Of a stretch of DNA of 38,705 bases, positions 1 to 7,953 are shown piece after piece; the stretch's first letter is position 1, and each line of letters begins with the position of its first letter. This DNA comes from Treponema sp. UBA4232. GTDB lineage: Bacteria > Spirochaetota > Spirochaetia > Treponematales > Treponemataceae. The notes under the pieces are model-generated. The model was not told the DNA's origin. It ran no database searches and saw nothing but the letters and a program-made list of their open reading frames with translations. The position numbers were made by a program, and so were the translations under genes. Where the stretch lies: assembly GCA_002396325.1 (NCBI GenBank), contig DGXM01000093.1, forward strand, positions 1-38,705, read 5' to 3'.

Positions 1-3
1 CAA

Positions 4-897
4 TCAGATTTTTTTATATTTCTTGGGTGCCGATTCAACCCCTGTGAGCCTGTCGATTATGATGCTCACTTCCTCAATGAGTATGCCGGTCTTCTTTTCA
101 ATGTTATCTATTATATACTGCTGCAGATTGTGAATCAGTCCCGTAAGCTGCTTTCCGAACGGCACGTCAACTGTGAGAATCAGCTTGTATCCACGGGAGT
201 CGGTCTTGATTGTGAGTTTTTTCACGTGGATGTCCTCGTTGTATTCACTCACGCAGTGGAGCACCATCTGTGTCACGGCGGCCTCGGAAATCTCAAGTCT
301 TCCCCTTTTGCTGAATTCCGGGGTCACGATTGATTTTTCCGAAAGCGTGGAATCGTTCCTGTTCGTGAACCTGAGTTTTCCCTTTGTAAGGAATTCCTGT
401 ATGGATTTCACGAAAATCTGCGGGTAGCTCTTTTTTATTTCTATCGACGGCACAGGAATCACATGCTTTCCTTCTACCGTGCGGCTCTGTATGGCCTTCT
501 GTATTTCCTCTTCGGTGGCTATGTCCTTTATGTTGATTATCTTCTCGGGAGGCGGAAGCTGAAGACGTTCAGCAATCATCTTGACCATCTTTTCGCTTGT
601 GCCGATTATGAGGATTTTTTTTATCTTCTGCTTTCTGAGCATGCGGGCCACTTCGTCACGGTGCTCTTTGTCGTCGAACAGGGCGATTCTAACCGCACCC
701 ATATAAGTCTTTTCGTGCTTCGCCGTGCGGCCTGCAAGGATTTTGTCATCCTGAATCAAAAGACCATCGTCAATGATTGCATTGATTCCGTATTTTTGAG
801 CCAACAGCTTCGCCCTGAAGCTTTTTCCTGTTCCGCTTGCACCTACCAGAGCCGAGACACTCACACCCTGGCGGAAAAGATTTGTCAACACACCCAT
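4..897 (-). CDS. P-loop (kinase-like) protein with C-terminal Asp23/Gls24-like domain
   Basis: Walker A GASGTGKS, then IIDDGLL; the C-terminal ~100 aa (GRLEISEAAV...GILIEEVSIIID) resemble Asp23. Confidence 0.75.
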   Translation of the reverse strand: MGVLTNLFRQGVSVSALVGASGTGKSFRAKLLAQKYGINAIIDDGLLIQDDKILAGRTAKHEKTYMGAVRIALFDDKEHRDEVARMLRKQKIKKILIIGTSEKMVKMIAERLQLPPPEKIINIKDIATEEEIQKAIQSRTVEGKHVIPVPSIEIKKSYPQIFVKSIQEFLTKGKLRFTNRNDSTLSEKSIVTPEFSKRGRLEISEAAVTQMVLHCVSEYNEDIHVKKLTIKTDSRGYKLILTVDVPFGKQLTGLIHNLQQYIIDNIEKKTGILIEEVSIIIDRLTGVESAPKKYKKI

Positions 898-924
898 AAT
901 TCTTTTTTCTCTCGTGACCTGTTA

Positions 925-1923
925 CTATATTATAAGTTGTCCATCCCAATTTATCAAGGAAAAAGAAATAAATTTTTCAAATTCAGCGGGAAGAGGAGCT
1001 GTGAGTTCGTCGGGGAGTCCAAGCGGATTGTCTTTCGGGAATGAAAGCCGTGATGCATGAAGAAAAAATGATGCAGACCCGTCATCAAGGAAAAGTTTTC
1101 TTCCTCCGTATGCGCTGTCACCCAAAAGCGGATGTCCGTGGTGGGAACTCTGGCACCTTATCTGATGTTTTTTTCCGGTAAGGATGTCGAACTGCGAAAG
1201 CGTCACGTCATTTCCCCTGTAAGTTCCGTAGGCGAGAGGGCGTGCCGTAGTGACCGCTTCTGTAAATCCTTTTGCAATGCGCACCGTCTTGAATCCTCCT
1301 CCTGTCTCAGAAGGGGATGTGTCTATGCTGTCGTGCCATTCCTCTGTCCGGGAAAGCCGTCCCTGTATTATTCCCACGTAGTTTTTTTTGATTGTGTGAA
1401 TCTTGATGTTTTCCGAAAACCAGTGCGCCCCCAGTATACTCTGCGAAAATGCGAGAAGGCCGGTTGTGTTCCTGTCCAGCCTGTGAAGCGGAGCAGTCCT
1501 GAACGAGAGGGAAGAGTCGCCTTCGCCCCTGTACAGGGAAGACACAATGTCTGCAAGGCTCTTTTCTCCCGGTGAGGAGGACTGCACGGAAATTCCCCTG
1601 GGTTTGTTTATCACGAGGATATGCTTGTTGGAGAAAACCACTTCGGGTCGGTCTTTTTCCGATGAATCATGTTCCGTATTTTCAGTCTTTGCGTCCACGG
1701 ACTTTTTTTCAGCTTCTTCAAGAAGAAATGCCGCTATGGAGATTTTGTCGCCCTCGCAGACTTTGTCGGAACCGTCGCTTTTTTTTCCATTGAGCGTGAT
1801 GAGTTTTTTTCTTAGTGCCTGATGGATTCCCACGCCCTGCGAATCCTTGAAGATTACCTTTAAAACTTTGTCAAGCCGTCTGGAATTGTCGCCTGAACCT
1901 GCCGTAAATGTTAGAAACTCCAT
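925..1923 (-). CDS. RluA-family pseudouridine synthase with N-terminal S4-like domain
   Basis: RRLDKVL (S4), INKPRG, catalytic HRLDRNTTG, TGKKHQIR, HPLLGD, LHA. Confidence 0.93.
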   Translation of the reverse strand: MEFLTFTAGSGDNSRRLDKVLKVIFKDSQGVGIHQALRKKLITLNGKKSDGSDKVCEGDKISIAAFLLEEAEKKSVDAKTENTEHDSSEKDRPEVVFSNKHILVINKPRGISVQSSSPGEKSLADIVSSLYRGEGDSSLSFRTAPLHRLDRNTTGLLAFSQSILGAHWFSENIKIHTIKKNYVGIIQGRLSRTEEWHDSIDTSPSETGGGFKTVRIAKGFTEAVTTARPLAYGTYRGNDVTLSQFDILTGKKHQIRCQSSHHGHPLLGDSAYGGRKLFLDDGSASFFLHASRLSFPKDNPLGLPDELTAPLPAEFEKFISFSLINWDGQLII

Positions 1924-1994
1924 AATTGATATTATAGTACAAAAAAATCGCCTGTGCTACTAGACAAAACTTTTTAATAGGGTAAAATAGAGGT
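1924..1994. promoter_or_regulatory. Divergent sigma70-type promoters
   Basis: Plus strand: TAGACA(1961-66)-N16-TAAAAT(1983-88)-N6-ATG1995. Minus strand: TATAAT(1936-31)-N7-ATG1923 with a weak -35 TAGCAC. Confidence 0.6.
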
Positions 1995-2471
1995 ATGTCA
2001 GATGCAAGAGAACAAATAGTTTCATTTATAAAAAATCCTGTATTGCTGTCTTGTATTTGCAGCTGGTTTTCCGCTCAGTTGATTAAGACGCTCATTAAGC
2101 TGTTTTCGGGAAAAGTCAAAAGCATAGGTGAGTTGTTCGAACTTTTGCTTTGGCGTACCGGCAGTATGCCCTCAAGCCATGCGTCTATGGTGGCGTCTCT
2201 ATGCACTTCCATAGGACTCAGATCGGGGATTGACAGCGATGTGTTCGTTCTTTCTCTGGGGTTTTTTCTTGTCACTATCAGGGATGCGGTCGGAGTGAGG
2301 CGTGCAAACGGAATACAGGCCAGGATGATTAATATGATCGGGCGGAAGCTCTCGGAAAAGAATGTGGTGGAATTCACTCCCATCAAAGAAGTCCAGGGCC
2401 ACACGCCGTTGGAGGTTGCTATGGGGTGCTTGCTGGGGATAAGCATAGGGGTCGCCTTTAGCGTGCTGTGA
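1995..2471 (+). CDS. Divergent PAP2 (DUF212) membrane phosphatase-like protein
   Basis: TGSMPSSHAS, DAVGVRR and GHTPLEV motifs; hydrophobic helices. Confidence 0.88.
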   Translation: MSDAREQIVSFIKNPVLLSCICSWFSAQLIKTLIKLFSGKVKSIGELFELLLWRTGSMPSSHASMVASLCTSIGLRSGIDSDVFVLSLGFFLVTIRDAVGVRRANGIQARMINMIGRKLSEKNVVEFTPIKEVQGHTPLEVAMGCLLGISIGVAFSVL

Positions 2472-2472
2472 T

Positions 2473-3879
2473 ATGAAATTTAAGGTGAGTTTTTTTATTA
2501 CATTTGCCATATATCTCACGGTGGGAATCTGTCTTTTTGCATTCAGAAGCATGCCTGTGGCAAGAATCTGGACAAATTACTCGGTTCTTTATGTTGATTC
2601 CTCAGTACAGGAAGCCACGGTTCTTTTTTATCTTGAACAGGCAGGCTGCCGCGATGTCATTTCTCTTTCTCAGCAGAGGGTGCCGACGACTTCGGTCTAT
2701 ACTCCCGTAATGCCTGTCGATTCATCCTATCTTACGAGCCGTCTTTCCTATTTCAAGGATGAGTCTTCCCGCTACCAGCTTTTCTACATTCCGGAGCAGT
2801 ATCAGGAAGAGGCTGGAACCGCCCTGCAGCTGCTCGTTAAAGGAACCGGTGCTCATGCAGGCCTGGATGGTACGGAGCAGTATCCCTGGGCTGTGCCTCT
2901 TGTGTGCGTCCTCACTTTCATCGTGCTTTTCCTTGCATCGAAAAAGAAGTCGGTGTTTCTGGTGCCGTCGGTTTTTCCGCTCATGCTTTCCTTCTCGCAG
3001 CCTTTTTACGTGGTGGCGGCGGCGGTCTGCCTTTCGCTTCTTGCACTTTATCTCATAAACGGACTCTGGATCCGACGTAAATTTGCCTCTGCAATCTTCA
3101 GGAGCATTTACATCGACGTGCTGATTTTTGTGCCGATGGTTCTGCTTTTCAGTTCAGGCCTTCTTTACGGTTTCCTTGGATTGGGCATCTTTGCCGCCAT
3201 TACGCTTTCGTTTGTGCTGATGAAATTCATGCATGACTACCGCGAGTATAAGAGTGCATTTTCCTTCCTTCCCATTTTTTCCGCATGGCAGATTCCCGTG
3301 GTCTACAAGAGGACTGCAAAATGGCTGATTGGAGCCGTTCTTCCTGTATCTGCGCTGATTGCTCTTTTCCTCATTTCCACTATGGTTGCCCCCGCAGCGT
3401 CAATGAACGGTCTTTCGGTTCCTTCTCCTGTACAGAGCGGCGGGGAAATCAGGTCTCAGCTTCCGACAATCAGTGACTATTACGCATTGATGTGGCAGAT
3501 GGCGACCTTCCCGTACAAATCCCTGCACGAAGACAATTCAAAGCCTCCTGCAGACGGAGACAAAATAACCGTAAGCCATTTCATTGAGACTGAAAACGGT
3601 ATACAGAAAACGGAAGACACCTTGTTTACCTATAACGATAAATACAGAACTGGTCTGAAAAACCAAGTTAAAGAGCTTGATTACGGAGCCATAGAAAAAC
3701 TGATGATTTCCCAGGGAGAGTCTGTGCCTGTCGTGTACAGTACCGGAGCCGAAAGCAAGACTGATTCTCAGCACAACACTATGAATCTGATTCTTCTTTT
3801 CCTGGCAGCGGGAATTCCTTTGGTTTTGTATGGAGCCTATTTTGTAAACGGACGTAAGAAATATGAAAACAGTAAGTAA
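2473..3879 (+). CDS. Hypothetical polytopic membrane protein
   Basis: 468 aa: N-terminal TM, soluble domain, block of ~6-7 TM helices, second soluble domain, C-terminal TM; 1 nt after the upstream gene and overlaps the downstream gene. Confidence 0.8.
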   Translation: MKFKVSFFITFAIYLTVGICLFAFRSMPVARIWTNYSVLYVDSSVQEATVLFYLEQAGCRDVISLSQQRVPTTSVYTPVMPVDSSYLTSRLSYFKDESSRYQLFYIPEQYQEEAGTALQLLVKGTGAHAGLDGTEQYPWAVPLVCVLTFIVLFLASKKKSVFLVPSVFPLMLSFSQPFYVVAAAVCLSLLALYLINGLWIRRKFASAIFRSIYIDVLIFVPMVLLFSSGLLYGFLGLGIFAAITLSFVLMKFMHDYREYKSAFSFLPIFSAWQIPVVYKRTAKWLIGAVLPVSALIALFLISTMVAPAASMNGLSVPSPVQSGGEIRSQLPTISDYYALMWQMATFPYKSLHEDNSKPPADGDKITVSHFIETENGIQKTEDTLFTYNDKYRTGLKNQVKELDYGAIEKLMISQGESVPVVYSTGAESKTDSQHNTMNLILLFLAAGIPLVLYGAYFVNGRKKYENSK

Positions 3880-5170
3880 TTTGGTGCAGAACAAAAAAGA
3901 AAAATTCGAGATTTCCGAGCGCTCGTTCCTTTCTCCTTGTGCTATTGTTCCCTTTAAGCATGCCCGGAATCTTTCATATACATGCATCGTAAAAGAGTAT
4001 GACAGGGTCACGGAAGGTCAGATTATCGGTCTTACAATGGACGAAAACACAAACGAGAAATCCTACATCCATTCGCCTGTTCCCGGAATGGTGCAGTCCA
4101 TCGAAGAGTGCTTTCTGCCTGACGGAACAAAGGGAGCCTGCGCAAAAATCCGTGTGGAGGGAGCCTTTTCATATCTGGGAAAAAATCTTCCTCCAAGTGA
4201 ATGGCAGTGGTATTCCGCATCCGAGCTTCTTAATACAATCGCTGAAAAAGGAGTGGTCAACACATTCGGAAGCGGAGAAGATTTGTACCGGCAGATTGTG
4301 AGATGCAATGTTTCACAGGGAAGATTTGTGATTGTGCGTTTGTTCGACGATGATCCAAGCCATCAGACAGACACTTTCGTTGCAAGTCATTACACAAGAC
4401 AGGTGCTCGACGGGGTGCACATCGTTGCCCAGACTCTGAAGGCTCAGGGAATCATTTTTGCAGTGCCCCGTAAATCTTCCATTGAAATACCTGATGATGA
4501 ATTCGGAACTATGCCGGTTTTCACTCTGGAAGTGGATGTGCGCCGTTATCCTTCGGGGTTCAGGGAAAATCTGATTCATCTTATAAAAAAAGCATCAAAG
4601 ACGCCTGAACAGAAGATTTTTGACCGCGTGAGCAGATACAGCCTTTTCGTTGATCCGGAGACTCTTTATTCTGTATACGAGGCTGTCACTTTCGGAAAGC
4701 CTGTCGTTGAGACTTTCGTTCACGTTACAGGCTCCTGTCTTGCAAGTGCCGCAATGCTTAAAGTGAGGGTGGGTTCCACAATAAGGTCTCTCGTTGACCA
4801 GTGCGGAGGATTCAGATCCAAACCCGCGAAGATTATCGTAAACGGAATGGTGCAAGGCTCGGAAGTGATAGATCTCGATACGGCAATCACAAAGACCGTT
4901 AAATCAATAGCATTCGTGCCGAAAAAACAGCTCTGCGATCAGGTTGGAAGCACTTGCATCAGATGCGGAAAATGCCGTGCAATCTGCCCGGAGGAAATAT
5001 ACCCCGATCTTATGTACCGGCACACACTCGGTGGAAAACAGATTGGGCGCGATATGCTTAGAACCGCGACTTTGTGCTCAGGATGCGCTCTCTGCAATTC
5101 AATATGTCCGTCCAGACTGCCTTTGTGCCAGATAATCGCTGCTTTGAGGGATAAAAATGAAGATAACTGA
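3863..5170 (+). CDS. rnfC: RnfC-like electron transport subunit (degenerate)
   Basis: Barrel-hybrid N-terminus (IHSPVPG), YPSG, SLBB region (VRVGSTIRSLVDQCGG), two ferredoxin motifs CIRCGKCRAICP and CSGCALCNSICP. Confidence 0.82.
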   Translation: MKTVSNLVQNKKEKFEISERSFLSPCAIVPFKHARNLSYTCIVKEYDRVTEGQIIGLTMDENTNEKSYIHSPVPGMVQSIEECFLPDGTKGACAKIRVEGAFSYLGKNLPPSEWQWYSASELLNTIAEKGVVNTFGSGEDLYRQIVRCNVSQGRFVIVRLFDDDPSHQTDTFVASHYTRQVLDGVHIVAQTLKAQGIIFAVPRKSSIEIPDDEFGTMPVFTLEVDVRRYPSGFRENLIHLIKKASKTPEQKIFDRVSRYSLFVDPETLYSVYEAVTFGKPVVETFVHVTGSCLASAAMLKVRVGSTIRSLVDQCGGFRSKPAKIIVNGMVQGSEVIDLDTAITKTVKSIAFVPKKQLCDQVGSTCIRCGKCRAICPEEIYPDLMYRHTLGGKQIGRDMLRTATLCSGCALCNSICPSRLPLCQIIAALRDKNEDN

Positions 5171-6245
5171 TTTATTTGAAAAAAAAGAAAAGGCTCCTGA
5201 AGTAAGACCCTATGCCTACATAACTCCTTCCATCGGCAACATCAGGACCGGGATACTCGTTCTTATGGTTCCCCAGATTGCGATGCTGTTTGTGACTCAT
5301 TCCTATTCATCTTTATTTGTTCTGCTTGCGGCGGTCGTGGCTTCAATGGCGGGCGAGACCCTGAATATGCTCATTACAAAGTCACACCGTTTTGAGATTA
5401 TGTCCCCGTTGCTTCAGGGAATCATCACAGGTCTTCTTCTGCCTCAGGGGTATTCAGTCTATGCCGTGTTTTTCATAACTCTTGTATCCATGCTTCTCTG
5501 CAAGTATGCATTCGGAGGAGGGGCATCCACCTGGGTGAATTCTGCCGCAGTGGCCGTTGCGGTGGCCTATATGCTCAACACTGGAAAATTCCCGGTGCAG
5601 ACACTCTCGCTTGACGTGCTTCAATCAAAAAATGCGGCCTTGAATCTCATTCAGGATCCGTCATTTTCAATGGTTCCGCTTGATTCTGCCGTCACGTCTT
5701 TCCTGAACAGAACTGTATTCCACTTTTTCGGAATCGTCATTCCCGAAGGATACGTTTCTCTTTTCTGGGACACAGGCTCTGCCATTCCTGCATTCCGCTT
5801 CAATCTGATAACCATGATTTCTTCCATAATCCTTATTTCACTTGATCTTGTGGACATCTGGATTCCTGCTGTCTTCCTTGCTGTTTATGCCGTTCTGGTG
5901 AGACTTTGCGGCCCTCTTCTTCTGGGCGGAGGTTTCATGCAGGGCGACGTGATTATGGCTGTCCTCACAAGCGGCACACTTTTCTCAACCCTGTATATGC
6001 TGCAGTGGTTCGGAACAATCCCCGTGACTCTGCCTGGAAAAATGGTGTACGGTGCCATATCTGGAATCTTTGCCTTCCTGATCATGGGATGCGGAAACTC
6101 GTCTGTGGGATATGCGTTTATGGTGCTCATCGTGAATCTGATTTCTTCCATGATTCAGGTGTTCGAAAGTCACCGTGTCCGTATGAAGATTGAAAACGTG
6201 CTTGTGCCGAGAATGAATGCAATAAAGGAGGCGGGAAATGTCTGA
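5157..6245 (+). CDS. rnfD: RnfD/NqrB-like membrane subunit (degenerate)
   Basis: ITGLLLP, KYAFGGGASTWVNSAA (cf. K..FGG.G.N.FNPA), TIPVTLPGKMVYG; directly follows rnfC. Confidence 0.8.
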   Translation: MKITDLFEKKEKAPEVRPYAYITPSIGNIRTGILVLMVPQIAMLFVTHSYSSLFVLLAAVVASMAGETLNMLITKSHRFEIMSPLLQGIITGLLLPQGYSVYAVFFITLVSMLLCKYAFGGGASTWVNSAAVAVAVAYMLNTGKFPVQTLSLDVLQSKNAALNLIQDPSFSMVPLDSAVTSFLNRTVFHFFGIVIPEGYVSLFWDTGSAIPAFRFNLITMISSIILISLDLVDIWIPAVFLAVYAVLVRLCGPLLLGGGFMQGDVIMAVLTSGTLFSTLYMLQWFGTIPVTLPGKMVYGAISGIFAFLIMGCGNSSVGYAFMVLIVNLISSMIQVFESHRVRMKIENVLVPRMNAIKEAGNV

Positions 6246-6768
6246 TTCAATCGAGACGAAAGAAGAACTGAATGACGCAGAGATGAACGAAGTAAACAAA
6301 ACCCGTCTCATTAGATTCGGAATCTTTTCTCTGGTTGTACTTGTTTTATTCGGCATATTGTCGCTCTTCAATTTCCTTACAAGGAGCAAATGGGAAAAAG
6401 GCCTCAGACTTCAGGTTCAGACAGTCCTGGATGCTCACGGTGAAACCTGTTCGGTTGGCGAGATTCTGAAACTCCACACAGGACTTGCCGCGGGATGTGC
6501 TGTCTATGAATTGTCTGGCGGTGAAAGGGACGGATGCCATGCTGTAATCATAAGAGTGGCCACATTCTACGGTCCAATGCCGGCGGTATACATTTACGAT
6601 TCAAAAAAAGAGCAGTGTGATTTCATTGCGTTTGCCACATTGGAAGGAAGAGCCAAGACTGCAATCGAGTCGCTTTCCAAACCTTCACAGGTATCCTACT
6701 GGGCCAGACGCATACCGAAGATAATGTCTACCGTGGAGTCGGATTCAAAGGAGGCTGCAAATGAATAA
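6238..6768 (+). CDS. RnfG-like single-TM protein lacking the flavinylation motif
   Basis: One N-terminal TM plus a small beta-rich domain (ATFYGPM cf. GYGG.I); sits in the RnfG slot of the C-D-G-E-A order; no [ST]GAT. Confidence 0.55.
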   Translation: MSDSIETKEELNDAEMNEVNKTRLIRFGIFSLVVLVLFGILSLFNFLTRSKWEKGLRLQVQTVLDAHGETCSVGEILKLHTGLAAGCAVYELSGGERDGCHAVIIRVATFYGPMPAVYIYDSKKEQCDFIAFATLEGRAKTAIESLSKPSQVSYWARRIPKIMSTVESDSKEAANE

Positions 6769-7405
6769 AAATATTTTTATGTATCTTTCCGTGGCTCTCA
6801 TACTTCTCATTCCGTTTCCCGGCAGATTCGCATATGGTCTTGTCGCTGTGATTCAGCTCAACATCCTGTTGATTTCAGGTCTTGCTTTCCGCGAGCTGCT
6901 TGTGCGTCTCAAAATGGAAGAACTTCAGTCCCAGCTGATTTGCATACTTCTCATTTTCCTGAGCATCCTTTTCAAACTGATTCTTACCGCGGTTTCTCCC
7001 GTGATGGCTCTTACCACAGGATATGCCATGTATATGCCGGCGGTGAGCGTGTTTGTATTGACTCAGCTTTTTGACAAACAGACTGTACCGCTGATTATCT
7101 GCATTCAAAGGACTATGAAAAAGTCTCTGTCAGTGTCTTTGGTTATGCTTGCGATTTTTCTGGTCCGTGATTTGATTGGATACGGTACCGTGACATTCCC
7201 ATCGTCATCAGGGCTTGCGGCAGTCAAAATCATTCCGTGGGCTGAGGAAAGCAGTTCGGTCGGCGTATTCGTTGCTTCAATACCTGCGGCGCTTATTATC
7301 ATCGGTCTGCTTTTGATTTTGTTCAGTATTGTTCAGACGCACAGAAGTTTAAAGAATATTCCGGTTCAGGCTTCTAAGGAGAATACAGATGCTGATGTTG
7401 AATGA
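6761..7405 (+). CDS. RnfE-like membrane subunit (degenerate)
   Basis: ~6 TM; VRDLIGYGTV (cf. RE.LG.GT) and SIPAALIIIG (cf. PPGAF..G). Confidence 0.68.
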   Translation: MNKNIFMYLSVALILLIPFPGRFAYGLVAVIQLNILLISGLAFRELLVRLKMEELQSQLICILLIFLSILFKLILTAVSPVMALTTGYAMYMPAVSVFVLTQLFDKQTVPLIICIQRTMKKSLSVSLVMLAIFLVRDLIGYGTVTFPSSSGLAAVKIIPWAEESSSVGVFVASIPAALIIIGLLLILFSIVQTHRSLKNIPVQASKENTDADVE

Positions 7406-7949
7406 TTTTGTTTATTATATGATTTACGGCTCTGCAATACTTCTTTACGGAGTCGGTCTGAACAAAGCCGTGCGTTCAAGCAAAAAGCCGCACAATCTTC
7501 TCGTTGACTGCATCAAAATGCTGATTACAGTTTTGGCCGCGTCGATTTTCACATTCCTCATTTCCTCCCAGCTGATAAAAATCGGTATGACAGAGATTTT
7601 TCCTTTTGTCGCTGTGCTTATGGTGCTGCTGGTTTCCGTATTTATGGAACTTGTGCTGCGCCTTCAGTCAAGGGCAACAATTTCTGAATATGCAGTGTCC
7701 GTGATGTGTGTGCTTCTGAGCATCAGCGAAAGCGTGTCATTGTTTGAGTGCATCCTCATTTCGACTTATTCTGTGCTTTCTTGTTTTGTCTGCATACCGT
7801 TTTTGTATGCTTTGCGCAAGAGAAGTGAAATCAACCGCCCGAATGCCAATATGCGCAATATGAGTCTTCTTTTCATCAGTATGGCCATAATAATCATAAT
7901 GGTGATGGCATGGAATGTTTCATGGCTGAATCCGGGGGTGCTTAAATAG
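7389..7949 (+). CDS. RnfA-like membrane subunit (degenerate)
   Basis: ~6 TM; ALRKRSE...P...FISMAIII resembles the RnfA C-terminus; follows the RnfE-like gene. Confidence 0.62.
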   Translation: MLMLNDFVYYMIYGSAILLYGVGLNKAVRSSKKPHNLLVDCIKMLITVLAASIFTFLISSQLIKIGMTEIFPFVAVLMVLLVSVFMELVLRLQSRATISEYAVSVMCVLLSISESVSLFECILISTYSVLSCFVCIPFLYALRKRSEINRPNANMRNMSLLFISMAIIIIMVMAWNVSWLNPGVLK

Positions 7950-7953
7950 TTTT

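Noticed and set aside
3863-7949. rnf genes as pseudogenes
   Set aside because: No frameshifts or internal stops; lengths are normal, translational overlaps are kept and the Fe-S motifs are intact
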